Below are positions 1 to 10,580 of a DNA stretch of 64,000 nt, piece by piece. This DNA is from an uncultured Spirochaetales bacterium. GTDB lineage: Bacteria > Spirochaetota > Spirochaetia > DSM-27196 > CAZFLD01. The notes beneath the pieces were generated by a model. The model ran no database searches, was not told the origin of the DNA, and saw nothing but the letters and a program-made list of their open reading frames with translations. A program made the position numbers and the translations under genes. Location of the stretch: NCBI GenBank assembly GCA_964519835.1, contig CAZFLD010000008.1, forward strand, positions 27,039 through 91,038, in the 5' to 3' direction. The stretch's first letter is position 1, and each line of letters begins with the position of its first letter.

Positions 1-1
1 G

Positions 2-817
2 GCTCGCGAAGCCCACCTCAGCGAAGATCAAGCCGAGCTCGAACGCCGGGGAACACAGGTAAAGCAGGGACGCCTCGACGAGTTCGACCGCTTTTTGGCG
101 GAGCGCCGCAAACAAGTGGAGCGCGCGGTTGAGACCCTTTCCACCTCGGCCCGTCGCGGAGGACACCGGACCGATCAACTCGGCGGTGCAGACGCTGCTG
201 CCTCCGGAACCACCGACGGCCCCGAACAGGCGGCACGCGGCGAGCTCGCCGCCGCCAAGGAGTTCGTCGAGGCCCAGCGCAGGAATTTTCGCTACGGCGC
301 CGGCACCGGGGGCCAACACAAAGGCATCCAACCCGGCGCCGAGGTGCGCCTCGTAGGCGGCACCCAAACAGGAATCGTCGAGGCGAAGGGGCGCGGGAAC
401 ACCTGGGTGATCCGCGCCGGCGCCATCAAAATGACACTCGCCTCAGACAAGTTGGAGCTGGTCCCGGGCACCGGCCGGCAGGCGGTCGGCGGCCGGGATG
501 AACGCTCCGTCGGCGCGGCGGATCGGGAGAGCACGATCGACGTCGATGTAAGCGCCGGCGGCCAGAAGGCGCTCCTCGAGCTCGACATCCGCGGGCTCCG
601 TGTACACGAGGCGCTCGAGGCCCTCGAGCGCCAGATCGATGATGCGTTGGCCGAAGGCCTCGGACGCTTTTCCGTGATTCACGGGACCGGGAGCGGCGCG
701 CTTCAACAGGCCGTCAAGGGGTACCTTCGTGATAGGAGCGAGGTCAAGGGTTCCGCGTTTGCGCGTCCCGAAGAGGGTGGGTTTGGCAAAACAAACGTCG
801 AGCTCGAGGTCAATTGA
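2..817 (+). CDS. mutS2: MutS2/Smr-family endonuclease, C-terminal part (5' end lies outside the window)
   Basis: The frame is open from the window edge to TGA 815-817. The C-terminal ~80 aa (LELDIRGLRVHEALEALERQIDDALAEGLGRFSVIHGTGSGALQQAVKGYL) is a typical Smr domain, preceded by a charged coiled-coil linker as in MutS2. Confidence 0.8.
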   Translation, partial: AREAHLSEDQAELERRGTQVKQGRLDEFDRFLAERRKQVERAVETLSTSARRGGHRTDQLGGADAAASGTTDGPEQAARGELAAAKEFVEAQRRNFRYGAGTGGQHKGIQPGAEVRLVGGTQTGIVEAKGRGNTWVIRAGAIKMTLASDKLELVPGTGRQAVGGRDERSVGAADRESTIDVDVSAGGQKALLELDIRGLRVHEALEALERQIDDALAEGLGRFSVIHGTGSGALQQAVKGYLRDRSEVKGSAFARPEEGGFGKTNVELEVN

Positions 818-848
818 AAAAAAACACGGGGCTGCGTAGTATTGGGCG

Positions 849-1481
849 ATGTTTTGTCGCACCCGGACGAGTCGCTTGCTCGCCGTCACCGCGCTATGTG
901 GCACCGTAACACTGCTATTTACCTCATGTCTTAGCCTCCGAACCAGAATCGCCATTGACGATTCCGCCGAAGACTTGGAGGGACGCCTCGTGCTCGAATA
1001 CACCATCGATCCATTGTTTTTCGAGATAGGGGTCTACGACGCGGGCGATCCGATGCCGATCCTGCCGGTTGGGAGAAACGACTTCGAACTCTTGACGGCG
1101 CGTACGGAGGGCCTCGAGCTGACGGCATACTCCTGGGAAGAAACGGAGACGGAGGTAAGCGTCCGCGCGGAGTTGGCGTTTGTTAATGCCGTGGCGCTCG
1201 AGGCTGCTTTGGGGCAGGACGCCGCCGCATTGGGCAACGGCAAACATGGTACGCTTCGCCTTCAACTCCCGGCCGGGATGGAAGAGGGTACCGAAGGCGA
1301 TCTTGCGACACTCCTGGAGGAAGTATCGCCGGAGGCGGGCTTAAACCTCTCGTTCGAGGCCGCCGTGCCGATCGTGGCCGCAAGCCCCGGCACAACCGCG
1401 GGCAACACCGCCGCCTTTGGGATTTCACTTGTGGACCTCTTTCGCTCTCGGAACACAATCGCTTGGGAGGTAGAATGGTAA
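849..1481 (+). CDS. Hypothetical lipoprotein
   Basis: ATG start. The N-terminus MFCRTRTSRLLAVTALCGTVTLLFTSC has a basic n-region, a hydrophobic core and a lipobox-like Cys. Its stop overlaps the next start (ATGGTAA). I recognise no family. Confidence 0.6.
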   Translation: MFCRTRTSRLLAVTALCGTVTLLFTSCLSLRTRIAIDDSAEDLEGRLVLEYTIDPLFFEIGVYDAGDPMPILPVGRNDFELLTARTEGLELTAYSWEETETEVSVRAELAFVNAVALEAALGQDAAALGNGKHGTLRLQLPAGMEEGTEGDLATLLEEVSPEAGLNLSFEAAVPIVAASPGTTAGNTAAFGISLVDLFRSRNTIAWEVEW

Positions 1482-2659
1482 CGGTCACCTCGACAGGGCC
1501 GGGCTATTGGCGCTCCGCGGCCCTTGCCCTGTTCTTGGCCGCCGCGCTTGCAGGTTGTGCAACAACCTCGGCGCCGCAGACGGTCGAACAACCAAACGAA
1601 GCTACCGGTGAGTCTTCGAGCGACGATCGGACGACCGACGTGTCCGACCTCGAGCCTCTGCTCGAAAGCGGCGAGCGTGCACTCGGGCGCGGACAGATCG
1701 CCGAGGCGGTGGAGCGGTTTGTTACGGTGTTGGCCGCCGATCCCGACGCCTCTACGGCTGCCGGCGCAGGGGCGTCCGAGCGCTTAGCGGAGCTGGCCGC
1801 CGGCCTTCGTCTCGAACCGGGCTCAGCGTGGGTCGACCAGTCGGGCAACCAGCGCTCAGGCGATGCGCGTGTCGTCGGGCGAGAGGGGTCACTGTACCCC
1901 GAAGTGGTGCTTACGCTCAACCTCGGCGGCGGGCGGTCCGTCGTTCCAGACCTACCGGTCCGCTTCCGCTTTGTCCAGGGGCAGGGCTTGCTTAATCGCA
2001 TTGTAACAACCAGCGAGTTCGGCCAAGCCAACACAGTCATCATCGAGCTGGAGGAGGACCTTGACAAGTACATCGTCGAGGCCATGCCCGTCGTGACGGT
2101 GGACGGCTACGAATACAAGTTCCAAACCGTAACCCGTGAGTTCACCTACACACGTGGCCTCTCCACAGTAGCGTTGGTAGGTGCCGACCGGCGAGTAGAC
2201 GGCACGTCGGCGGCCGGTGGCGCGGCTGCGACCGTCGATGCGCTCTTCGCGGCTCTGGAGACATCCCGCACCGGCGGCACATACTACCCCGTCGATGCCG
2301 CTCAAGTAGGCGAAGATCTGGAGCGGCTTCTTGCGGGTGACCGCGAGGCACTCCGCCGAATCGGCGACACCGCTCAGGCCGCTTACATCATGATCATCAC
2401 CGTAGACACAAACCGCGTTGGTCAAGTCGAGCTCGACGGTCAAGCGTACAACATCTTTCAGTTTTTTGGCTCAGGCTCCATTCGCCTTATTAGAAGCGCC
2501 GACGGCGAGGTGCTTTTCACCACGGCCACCGAAGAAATCCGCGGCCAAGGAAACAACACGGAATCGGCGGAGCGGGATGGGCGCAAAAATGTGCGAGAGG
2601 CCCTCGCCGCGCTCGTAGAAACCTCCGCCGCCGCCATACGCGAGGCGATCCAAAACTAG
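1475..2659 (+). CDS. Hypothetical lipoprotein (C-terminal LPP20/LpoB-like alpha-beta region suspected)
   Basis: ATG 1475 is preceded by GGGAGG (1465-1470). The signal peptide ends in the lipobox LAGC. The track ORF begins at 1463 in the same frame. It is translationally coupled to the upstream lipoprotein gene. Confidence 0.65.
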   Translation: MVTVTSTGPGYWRSAALALFLAAALAGCATTSAPQTVEQPNEATGESSSDDRTTDVSDLEPLLESGERALGRGQIAEAVERFVTVLAADPDASTAAGAGASERLAELAAGLRLEPGSAWVDQSGNQRSGDARVVGREGSLYPEVVLTLNLGGGRSVVPDLPVRFRFVQGQGLLNRIVTTSEFGQANTVIIELEEDLDKYIVEAMPVVTVDGYEYKFQTVTREFTYTRGLSTVALVGADRRVDGTSAAGGAAATVDALFAALETSRTGGTYYPVDAAQVGEDLERLLAGDREALRRIGDTAQAAYIMIITVDTNRVGQVELDGQAYNIFQFFGSGSIRLIRSADGEVLFTTATEEIRGQGNNTESAERDGRKNVREALAALVETSAAAIREAIQN

Positions 2660-2688
2660 GCCTCCCGGAAGGCCTTTCGGGGACGGAA

Positions 2689-3087
2689 ATGAAACACCCC
2701 AAATTGGCGGACTTCGAGTCACGCCTCAAAAAGCTCTTTGACGAGGTAGACGATTACCTCGAAGAAACCTATGGGGGTGATTACCCACTTCATCCGGCGC
2801 GTCCCCCGAGGGGCGAGACCTCCAACAAAGAGAGTTCCGGCTTGTTCAATGTCGGAGCCGCCTTCAGCGCCGGTTTTGGAAGCGAGCTCGGTCGAGGCTA
2901 CGTGTTGGACATCGACATGGTCACGCTTGCCAACGTCGACGAGGACAAGGAAGAAAGAATCATCGAGGATGCCGTAGAGAGGATTCACGATCTCTTGCCA
3001 AAGTACTTCCCTGAACGAGACCTGGAGGTGAGCCGGGACGGGCGCGTATTCAAAATCCACGGAGACCTCTCGCTCGGACACCTTTAA
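2689..3087 (+). CDS. Hypothetical cytoplasmic protein
   Basis: A 132-aa ORF with an ATG start and coding-like composition. I recognise no motif. Confidence 0.5.
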   Translation: MKHPKLADFESRLKKLFDEVDDYLEETYGGDYPLHPARPPRGETSNKESSGLFNVGAAFSAGFGSELGRGYVLDIDMVTLANVDEDKEERIIEDAVERIHDLLPKYFPERDLEVSRDGRVFKIHGDLSLGHL

Positions 3088-3105
3088 AGAAAATGGAGAT
3101 TGTCC

Positions 3106-3134
3106 TTGAGCAAAGGGCGAGCCTTGGATAGAAT
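3106..3134 (+). promoter_or_regulatory. Candidate sigma70 promoter of the V-ATPase operon
   Basis: TTGAGC (3106-3111), a 17-nt spacer, then TAGAAT (3129-3134). This gives a ~35-nt leader with GAGG 6 nt before ATG 3170. Confidence 0.45.
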
Positions 3135-3169
3135 GCGGCGTATCAGCACTATCAGAACTGAGGTACTCA

Positions 3170-3790
3170 ATGGACGTTCAGCTCGCGGAGTTAATCGACA
3201 AGATAAAGGCCGAGGGTGTCGGCAAAGCCGAAGAAGAAGCACAGGCCATCCTGGACAAGGCTCAACAAGAAGCCTCGGAGATTGTAGACAAGGCAAAAAG
3301 CGAAGCTGAAAAGGTCGTGGCCGATGGGCGGCGCGAGGTGGCCGGAAACAAGGCGGCGTCGGAGGATGCCATAAAGCAATCCTCTCGCGACTTGATTCTC
3401 TCGGTCCAAACGCGACTCACTAAGCTCTTTGGGGCGATTGTTGCGGAAAGCACCGAGGCCGCGTTTTCAGCAGACGTCGTATCACAGGCCGTCCTCTCCA
3501 TGGCTCAGGAATGGGCCAAGACGGGCAATACTGATGTGGCCGTGTTAGTCCCGGAAAATCAACGGAATGCCGTTGAACAGGCGCTCAGGTCAAAACTTGC
3601 GGAGCAGGTACGGTCCGGTGTCGCGGTCGAAGGTGTGCCGGGCCTGCGGTCCGGTTTTCGCGTTGGCGAAAAAGACGGCAACGCATATTTCGATTTTTCC
3701 GCGGAAGGTGTGGCGGACGCCTTGGCCGAATATCTCAATCCTCGCCTCACGGAGCTTATGAAGCAGGCGACGGTCCAAGCAGAGGGATAG
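3170..3790 (+). CDS. atpE: V-type ATP synthase subunit E
   Basis: The long charged coiled-coil N-terminus (AELIDKIKAEGVGKAEEEAQAILDKAQQEASEIVDKAKSEAEK) is typical of V/A-type subunit E. It is the first gene of the A/B/D/I/K cluster. Confidence 0.85.
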   Translation: MDVQLAELIDKIKAEGVGKAEEEAQAILDKAQQEASEIVDKAKSEAEKVVADGRREVAGNKAASEDAIKQSSRDLILSVQTRLTKLFGAIVAESTEAAFSADVVSQAVLSMAQEWAKTGNTDVAVLVPENQRNAVEQALRSKLAEQVRSGVAVEGVPGLRSGFRVGEKDGNAYFDFSAEGVADALAEYLNPRLTELMKQATVQAEG

Positions 3791-3802
3791 GGAAACAGCC
3801 GA

Positions 3803-4393
3803 GTGGCCGCCTACTACTACTTTGTGTCCAGTCTACCCATGCTCAACCTCGACGGAGTTGCGCCGACGGATTCCGATTCTTTTATCGAGTCGGCGGCGGA
3901 TTGGCTTACGCCTGCAGATCTGTCGGCGCTGAAGGCCACACGGTTGGAACCCGCCCCGGCACATACCCCGGAGGAGGCCAAAGCGGAGACCGATCCTGAC
4001 CGCCGGACATCGGTTCGGCGCGAGTTTGCGGTCATGGCGCACGGGCTGAGAAACGCCCTTGTGGAGGCACGAGCCGGTAAGCTAAGCCGCGATGCCGCCG
4101 CGTACATGCGCCCCCACGGGGGCAACCCTCCTCTGGAGGTATCCGCCGTTGCCAGGGAAGCGATGGCGGAGGAGTCACCTTTTCGGGCGGAACAAGCGCT
4201 GGACCGGTATCGCTGGGCCTTTCTCGACCAGCTCGAGGTCGGACACTATTTTGATATCGAGCGTTTACAAATCTATTATCTCAAATTGCAACTCCTCGAA
4301 CGGTCTGAGGCGATGTCGGTCGAACGGGGTGAGGCACGGTTCGAAGAACTCTATGAAAAAACAATGGAAACCATGCAACGCATGGAAGACTAA
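3803..4393 (+). CDS. Uncharacterised protein conserved inside V-ATPase operons (sits between E and A)
   Basis: GTG start giving MAAYYYFVSSLPML. Borrelia and Treponema V-ATPase operons have an unassigned ORF at this position. I recall it as DUF2764-like, but that is unverified. Confidence 0.6.
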   Translation: MAAYYYFVSSLPMLNLDGVAPTDSDSFIESAADWLTPADLSALKATRLEPAPAHTPEEAKAETDPDRRTSVRREFAVMAHGLRNALVEARAGKLSRDAAAYMRPHGGNPPLEVSAVAREAMAEESPFRAEQALDRYRWAFLDQLEVGHYFDIERLQIYYLKLQLLERSEAMSVERGEARFEELYEKTMETMQRMED

Positions 4394-4408
4394 GAAGCGG
4401 AGTACGTG

Positions 4409-6187
4409 ATGGCAGCGAGCAGCGGAAGAGTCATCGGTGTCAACGGCAACATGGTAACCGTAGAGGTTGACGGCGACATCAGCCTCAACGAAGTGGGCTA
4501 TGTGGTCGTTGGCGAGCAGCGCCTGAAATCGGAGGTCATCCGCGTAGGCGGCTCGAGCGCCGATCTCCAGATATTCGAGTCCACAAAAGGAATCGGAATC
4601 GGCGACCTGGTTGAGTTCTCGGGCGAGATGCTCGCGGTGGAGCTCGGGCCGGGTCTGTTAGGGCAGATCTACGACGGATTGCAGAACCCGCTCCCCGAGC
4701 TAGCTGCACAATGCGGCTTTTTTCTGCAGCGGGGTATTTATCTCGATGCACTCGACCATACCCAAGAGTGGGAGTTTACTCCCGACGCAAAAGTCGGCGA
4801 CAAAGTGACTGCCGGCGACAGGATCGGCACTGTTCCGGAAGGCATTTTCAAACACTGGATTATGGTGCCCTTCGGCATGACCGATCGGTATACCATCAAG
4901 GAAATCGTGGCAGCCGGCAACTACACCGTTGGCTCCCAGTTGGCCACGGTAGAGGACGAGAGGGGCAACAGCTTTTCCGTCAACATGACCTTCGACTGGC
5001 CGGTGAAACGGGCGATTCACGCGTACAAAGATCGCGAGAAGCCCACCGAGCCGATGGTTACAAAGGTGCGGATTATCGACACGTTTTTTCCGGTCGCCCG
5101 GGGCGGGACATACTGTATTCCCGGACCCTTTGGCGCGGGAAAAACGGTGCTCCAGCAGGTAACAAGCCGCAACGCCGAGGTCGACATTGTTATCATTGCC
5201 GCCTGTGGCGAACGCGCCGGCGAGGTTGTGGAAACCCTCAAGGAATTCCCCGAGCTTATCGACCCCCGGACGGGCCGCACCCTTATGGAGCGTACCGTTA
5301 TTATCGCCAACACCAGCTCCATGCCGGTGGCGGCACGGGAAGCATCGGTGTATACGGCCGTTACCATTGCCGAGTACTACCGGCAAATGGGCCTCAACGT
5401 CTTGCTGCTCGCGGACTCCACGTCCCGGTGGGCGCAGGCCATGCGCGAGATGTCGGGGCGCCTGGAAGAAATTCCCGGCGAGGAGGCCTTCCCGGCATAC
5501 CTCGAGTCGGTCATCGCGGGCTTCTACGAGCGCGCCGGAAAGGTCGTATTGAACGACGGAACCATCGGCTCGGTCACAATCGGCGGAACGGTAAGCCCCG
5601 CCGGCGGTAACTTCGAAGAACCGGTAACCCAGGCAACGCTAAAGGTCGTTGGTGCGTTCCACGGCCTCTCTCGTGACCGTTCCGACGCGCGGAAGTACCC
5701 TTCGATTCATCCGTTGGACAGCTGGAGCAAGTATCCCAGCGCCATCGACGACGAGATGATCGCCTTTGCCCGGGAAGTTCTTCACCATGGCGACGAAGTG
5801 GGCCAGATGATGAAGGTTGTTGGTGAAGAGGGAACCAGCCTCGAGGACTACGTGGTCTTCCAGAAGTCCGAATTCTTAGACGCGGTCTATCTGCAGCAGA
5901 ACTCGTTCGACCCCGTGGATGCGGCATCTTCCACGGAACGGCAGCAGCACACGTTTAACATTCTGTTTCGCCTCTTGGGCGCGGATACGACGCTTAAGTC
6001 AAAACAAGACGCGCGGGACTTTTTCAACGGTCTCAGGCAGCGGTTTCTCGACTACAACGGCGCCGAGTGGCGATCCGAGGAATTCGAGCGACTCGAGCGG
6101 GAGATAACCGAATCGATCGACGCAAACACCGGGGACCTATCCTCCCGCGCTCGGTCGATACTCAACGCCGTTGGCGAGGGAGCATAG
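4409..6187 (+). CDS. atpA: V-type ATP synthase catalytic subunit A
   Basis: Walker A motif GPFGAGKTV, and length and sequence typical of V/A-type subunit A. ATG 4409 lies 6 nt after GGAG. An in-frame GTG at 4406 is the alternative start. Confidence 0.95.
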   Translation: MAASSGRVIGVNGNMVTVEVDGDISLNEVGYVVVGEQRLKSEVIRVGGSSADLQIFESTKGIGIGDLVEFSGEMLAVELGPGLLGQIYDGLQNPLPELAAQCGFFLQRGIYLDALDHTQEWEFTPDAKVGDKVTAGDRIGTVPEGIFKHWIMVPFGMTDRYTIKEIVAAGNYTVGSQLATVEDERGNSFSVNMTFDWPVKRAIHAYKDREKPTEPMVTKVRIIDTFFPVARGGTYCIPGPFGAGKTVLQQVTSRNAEVDIVIIAACGERAGEVVETLKEFPELIDPRTGRTLMERTVIIANTSSMPVAAREASVYTAVTIAEYYRQMGLNVLLLADSTSRWAQAMREMSGRLEEIPGEEAFPAYLESVIAGFYERAGKVVLNDGTIGSVTIGGTVSPAGGNFEEPVTQATLKVVGAFHGLSRDRSDARKYPSIHPLDSWSKYPSAIDDEMIAFAREVLHHGDEVGQMMKVVGEEGTSLEDYVVFQKSEFLDAVYLQQNSFDPVDAASSTERQQHTFNILFRLLGADTTLKSKQDARDFFNGLRQRFLDYNGAEWRSEEFERLEREITESIDANTGDLSSRARSILNAVGEGA

Positions 6188-6189
6188 TC

Positions 6190-7497
6190 ATGCGCAAGGT
6201 ATACAGCAAAATCGACGCAATCGCCGGAAACGTTATTACCGTCACCGCCTCGGACGTTCGGTACGGCGACTTGGCGATTGTTCAGTCACGCCACGGTGCT
6301 TCTCTGGCCGAGGTCATTCGCCTGAAACGGGAGGACGTCTCGCTCCAGGTATTTGCAGGCGGGCGCGGCATCTCGACGGGTGACGAGGTCCGGTTCCTCG
6401 GTCATCCGATGCAGGTGAGCTTCTCCGACAATCTACTCGGGCGCATCTTCGACGGAAGCGGCAATCCCCGAGACAACGGACCGCGATTAGAAGAGAATCT
6501 CATCGAGATCGGAGGCCCGTCGGTGAATCCCGCGCGACGCATCGTGCCACGAAACATGATCCGAACCGGCATTCCTATGATCGACGTCTTTAACTCGCTT
6601 GTCGAAAGCCAAAAGCTTCCGATCTTTTCCGTATCCGGCGAGCCGTACAACGACCTCCTCGCTCGGATTGCCCTCCAGGCGGAGGTCGACATGATCATCC
6701 TGGGCGGTATCGGCCTTAAATACGACGACTACCTGTTCTTCCGCAACACGCTCGAAGAGGGAGGAGCACTCTCCCGAACCATCTTTTTTGTGCACACGGC
6801 CTCGGACCCCGTTGTGGAGAGCCTCTTGGTGCCCGACATCAGCCTAGCCGTCGCCGAGCAGTTCGCGCTTCAGGGCAAAAAAGTGCTGGTGCTCTTGACC
6901 GACATGACAAACTTTGCGGACTCCCTCAAAGAGATCGCAATCACCATGGAGCAGGTCCCGTCGAACCGCGGTTATCCCGGCGACCTCTACAGCCAGCTGG
7001 CCGCCCGTTACGAGAAGGCTGTCGACTTTGAAGGCGCCGGCTCCATTACTGTCCTAGGCGTAACCACCATGCCGGGTGACGACGTAACACACCCGGTACC
7101 TGACAACACCGGCTATATCACTGAGGGGCAATACTACCTTCGCAACGGGCGAATCGAGCCCTTTGGATCGCTCTCGCGGCTGAAGCAGATGGTCAACAAG
7201 AACACACGTGATGACCATCGTGCATTAATGGACGGAATGATCACACTTTACGCCTCGTATCGAGAGTCCCTCGAGAAAAAATCGATGGGTTTTCGTATGT
7301 CCGACTGGGACCAAAAGCTCCTCAAGTACGGAGAGATTTTCGAGCGGGACATGATGGACTTGAGCGTCAATATCCCCCTCGAACAGGCGTTGGACAGGGG
7401 TTGGTCCATCTTAGCCGAGTGTTTCAAACCCGATGAAACGGGCCTCCGGACGGACCTGCTACGAACGTTCTGGCCGGACAAAGACGAGGTAGCCTAG
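6190..7497 (+). CDS. atpB: V-type ATP synthase subunit B
   Basis: [18 protein letters not shown]... shows V-type B homology throughout. ATG 6190 lies 2 nt after the atpA stop. The track ORF start at 6067 would overlap atpA and is rejected. Confidence 0.95.
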   Translation: MRKVYSKIDAIAGNVITVTASDVRYGDLAIVQSRHGASLAEVIRLKREDVSLQVFAGGRGISTGDEVRFLGHPMQVSFSDNLLGRIFDGSGNPRDNGPRLEENLIEIGGPSVNPARRIVPRNMIRTGIPMIDVFNSLVESQKLPIFSVSGEPYNDLLARIALQAEVDMIILGGIGLKYDDYLFFRNTLEEGGALSRTIFFVHTASDPVVESLLVPDISLAVAEQFALQGKKVLVLLTDMTNFADSLKEIAITMEQVPSNRGYPGDLYSQLAARYEKAVDFEGAGSITVLGVTTMPGDDVTHPVPDNTGYITEGQYYLRNGRIEPFGSLSRLKQMVNKNTRDDHRALMDGMITLYASYRESLEKKSMGFRMSDWDQKLLKYGEIFERDMMDLSVNIPLEQALDRGWSILAECFKPDETGLRTDLLRTFWPDKDEVA

Positions 7498-7500
7498 GGC

Positions 7501-8091
7501 ATGGCCAAGGTCAAGCTGACCAAAAACGAGCTCAAGACTCAAAAAAACCAACTCAAGCGGTTTCAGCGTTATTTACCGACGCTGCAGCTCAAAAAACAGC
7601 AGTTGCAGATGGTTATCCGTCAAGTCGACGCTCGCGTCGCGCAGATGCAGGAGGAACGAAAGCGGGTCTACGATTCGCTTCGCACGTGGATTGCCGTGTT
7701 TGGGGAAGACATGCCGATCGACAACCTCGTCTCCGTCAAGACGGTGGAAACGTCCACGGGCAACATCGCGGGCATCGATATTCCCGTGTTCGAACGGGTG
7801 GAGTTCGACGATGTCCCGTACGACCTCTACTATTTTCCACTTTGGGTCGACGCCGGCATAGATGCCATCAAGCGCTTGACCGCGGTGGATGCCGAGATAC
7901 AGGTGCTCGAAAGGCAGCGTGACCTCTTGGACGAGGAGCTGCGTATTACCACTCAGCGCGTCAATCTGTTCGAGAAGGTGAAAATTCCCGAGACCAAGGA
8001 AAACATTCGGATGATTCGTATATACCTCGGTGATCAGCAGACTGCCGAGGTCGTACGCGGCAAGATTGCCAAGAACAAGCTCGGAGCGTAA
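7501..8091 (+). CDS. atpD: V-type ATP synthase subunit D
   Basis: MAKVKLTKNELKTQKNQLKRFQRYLPTLQLKKQQLQ is the characteristic N-terminus of V-type subunit D. Confidence 0.9.
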   Translation: MAKVKLTKNELKTQKNQLKRFQRYLPTLQLKKQQLQMVIRQVDARVAQMQEERKRVYDSLRTWIAVFGEDMPIDNLVSVKTVETSTGNIAGIDIPVFERVEFDDVPYDLYYFPLWVDAGIDAIKRLTAVDAEIQVLERQRDLLDEELRITTQRVNLFEKVKIPETKENIRMIRIYLGDQQTAEVVRGKIAKNKLGA

Positions 8092-8095
8092 GACA

Positions 8096-10009
8096 GTGAT
8101 TGTACCGATGAAAAAAGTCTCCATCGTTGTTCTGGCCGCTCACAAGCGTCGCGCCTTGCGGAAGCTGGCGGCGGCCGGCGTTATGCACGTTCACACGGAG
8201 GCAGCCACCGGCATCGAAATCGACAACGTGGCCGAAAAGCTGGCTCTTGTTCAGAGAGCAATCGGAGTACTGGGAGACCAAAACGAGGAAACTGCGGCTA
8301 CAACGGCGGGCGACGCCCTCGGTCGTTCAGACGAGTCAATACTCGAGGAAGCCCTTACCCTGGCGTCCGAGCTGGCGCAAACCCAAGAAGAGATTCGCGG
8401 CACACGGGAAGAGCTTGACAGGACGACCCGCGAGCTGGAACGACTCTCACAGTGGGGAGATTTCGATCCTGCGGATCTCCACGCGCTTGCCTCACGCGGC
8501 GTTGTGCTGCGCATCTATGCGCTGCCGCCGGACCGCGCGGCCGCCTTTCCGGACCGCCACGAACGAGTGGTCCTGTCCAAGGACAAAAACCTCGTGCGCT
8601 TTGTAGCTCGGATAGCAAGCGACCTAATCAGTCCCGACGGCGAGTTTCCGGACGACCTGGACGACTTCCCCCCCCTTGATCTGCCGGTGGTTTCCACGCG
8701 AGAGCTGCGCGAGCGGAGAGCCCGGCTCGAGGAGCGTTTCGACGCCCTGCACGCACAAATCGCCGAGGAGGCCCACCGGCATCGATTGCTCGACTCGGCA
8801 AAGGAAATTCTCATCCGGCACCTCGAGTTCGAGTCCGTTGCCGGCGTCATGGACCAGGACGAGCAGATAGCGGCTCTCACGGGGTTTGTTCCGACCGAAG
8901 ACGTGGCCGGGCTCCGTGCCGAGGCCCCCAGCATCGGTTGGGCGCTGTTGATTCGCGACCCCGAACCAGATGACAACGTGCCCACAAAAACCAAAAACCC
9001 AAGGGCGGTCGGAATAATCCGGCCCGTGTTCCAGCTGCTCGGCACCACACCGGGATACCACGAGCTGGACATCAGTTTTTGGTTTTTGCTTTTTTTTATT
9101 CTCTTTTTTGCCATGATCATCGGGGACGGCGGCTACGGTGCCATTCTGTTTGCCGTGTCTATTGCCGCCCTGATCGGCTCCGGGAGAAAGGCAAAAAAGA
9201 CCGGCGGTCGGGTAGGAGACGGGCCGATACTGCTTTTTGTCTTGAGCGTGGCCACAATTGTGTGGGGCGCCCTTACCGGTACGTGGTTCGGCGCGGACGC
9301 CATCGCGGAGGCCGTTCCGTTCCGCTATTTTGTGTTTGAACCGTTAGCCACCTATAACCCGAGAAGCGCCCAAAACGTACAGCTCTTTTGCTTTATCGTC
9401 GGTACGGTCCAGCTGTCGATTGCGCACGTCTGGAACTTTATCAGGGAGCTCAAGAAAAAACCGGTTCTCAAGGCATTTGCGCAGCTCGGCTGGTTGGCGA
9501 TGGTGATTGGCCTCTACTCGCTGGTCCTAAACGTAGTGCTTGCCGCCATGGGATTTGGCATGCCGACCTATGCCCTGTACCTGGTCGGCGGCGGCTTGGG
9601 TTTTGTGCTTATCTTCTCCGAGCAGAGGCAGGGGCAAAACTTCTTGGTCGGGGTAGGAAAGGGCATAGCGGGTCTTATGACCACATTCCTCGACAGCATA
9701 AGCGCTTTTTCAGACATCATTTCCTACATTCGCCTGTTTGCCGTGGGGCTTGCGTCCGTGGAGATTGCCAAGAGCTTCAACGCCATGGCCTCTCCGGTCA
9801 TCGAAGGCGGTGGTTTTGGCATCGTGGCGGGTGTGTTGATTCTGCTGCTCGGTCACACGTTGAACTTGGCAATGGGTGGACTATCGGTGATTGTTCACGG
9901 AGTGCGATTGAACATGCTCGAGTTTTCCGGCCACCTGGGCTTGGAATGGGCCGGCGCGCCCTTTCGTCCCTTTGGTCGGTCCCTCGAACAGAACAATAAT
10001 GCGAACTGA
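8096..10009 (+). CDS. atpI: V-type ATP synthase subunit I (membrane stator, a-subunit-like)
   Basis: A soluble N-terminal coiled-coil half is followed by a multi-TM C-terminal half (FWFLLFFILFFAMIIGDGGYG). GTG 8096 gives MIVPMKKVSIVVL; ATG 8108 is the alternative start. Confidence 0.9.
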   Translation: MIVPMKKVSIVVLAAHKRRALRKLAAAGVMHVHTEAATGIEIDNVAEKLALVQRAIGVLGDQNEETAATTAGDALGRSDESILEEALTLASELAQTQEEIRGTREELDRTTRELERLSQWGDFDPADLHALASRGVVLRIYALPPDRAAAFPDRHERVVLSKDKNLVRFVARIASDLISPDGEFPDDLDDFPPLDLPVVSTRELRERRARLEERFDALHAQIAEEAHRHRLLDSAKEILIRHLEFESVAGVMDQDEQIAALTGFVPTEDVAGLRAEAPSIGWALLIRDPEPDDNVPTKTKNPRAVGIIRPVFQLLGTTPGYHELDISFWFLLFFILFFAMIIGDGGYGAILFAVSIAALIGSGRKAKKTGGRVGDGPILLFVLSVATIVWGALTGTWFGADAIAEAVPFRYFVFEPLATYNPRSAQNVQLFCFIVGTVQLSIAHVWNFIRELKKKPVLKAFAQLGWLAMVIGLYSLVLNVVLAAMGFGMPTYALYLVGGGLGFVLIFSEQRQGQNFLVGVGKGIAGLMTTFLDSISAFSDIISYIRLFAVGLASVEIAKSFNAMASPVIEGGGFGIVAGVLILLLGHTLNLAMGGLSVIVHGVRLNMLEFSGHLGLEWAGAPFRPFGRSLEQNNNAN

Positions 10010-10058
10010 GAATGCATAGAGATTACGTTTTGGACTACACAAACAGAAGGAGTCGGAG

Positions 10059-10493
10059 ATGAACATCGGATTGATCGGCGTGGGAGCCGCCCTCGCTTTT
10101 GCCGCAATTGGGTCGGCACTTGGAGCCGGATCGGCCGGCATGGCCGCAGTCGGAGCGTGGAAGAAGTGTTTTGCACAGAATAGGCCCGCCCCATTTATCC
10201 TTGTTGCCTTTATCGGCGCGCCCCTTACGCAGACCATTTACGGGTTTATTCTCATGAATAGTCTGTTTACCGCGGCGGAGTCGTTGGACGCAATGCTGCT
10301 CTTGAGTGCCGGCATTCTCGGCGGCATCGCGATGGGTTTTTCCGCCTGGTTCCAGGGAAAGACCGGCGCGGTCGCGTCGGACGCATTGGCCGAAACCGGG
10401 AAGGGCTTTGGTAACTATCTGCTGGCCCTCGGCCTCGTCGAGACGGTTGCCCTGTTTGTTATGGTCTTTTTGCTCGTTTTGGTCGGCGGCTGA
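10059..10493 (+). CDS. atpK: V-type ATP synthase proteolipid subunit K
   Basis: A 144-aa, Gly/Ala-rich, four-helix proteolipid (GVGAALAFAAIGSALGAGSAG ... LGLVETVALF) that follows atpI. Confidence 0.9.
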   Translation: MNIGLIGVGAALAFAAIGSALGAGSAGMAAVGAWKKCFAQNRPAPFILVAFIGAPLTQTIYGFILMNSLFTAAESLDAMLLLSAGILGGIAMGFSAWFQGKTGAVASDALAETGKGFGNYLLALGLVETVALFVMVFLLVLVGG

Positions 10494-10580
10494 ACGGACG
10501 ACGGACCAAGACACCGGGCGGCCGCCGCGCCTGCAACGGCAGAGAGGCCGGCGCCGAAGACACATGATTTTCCGTAACAG

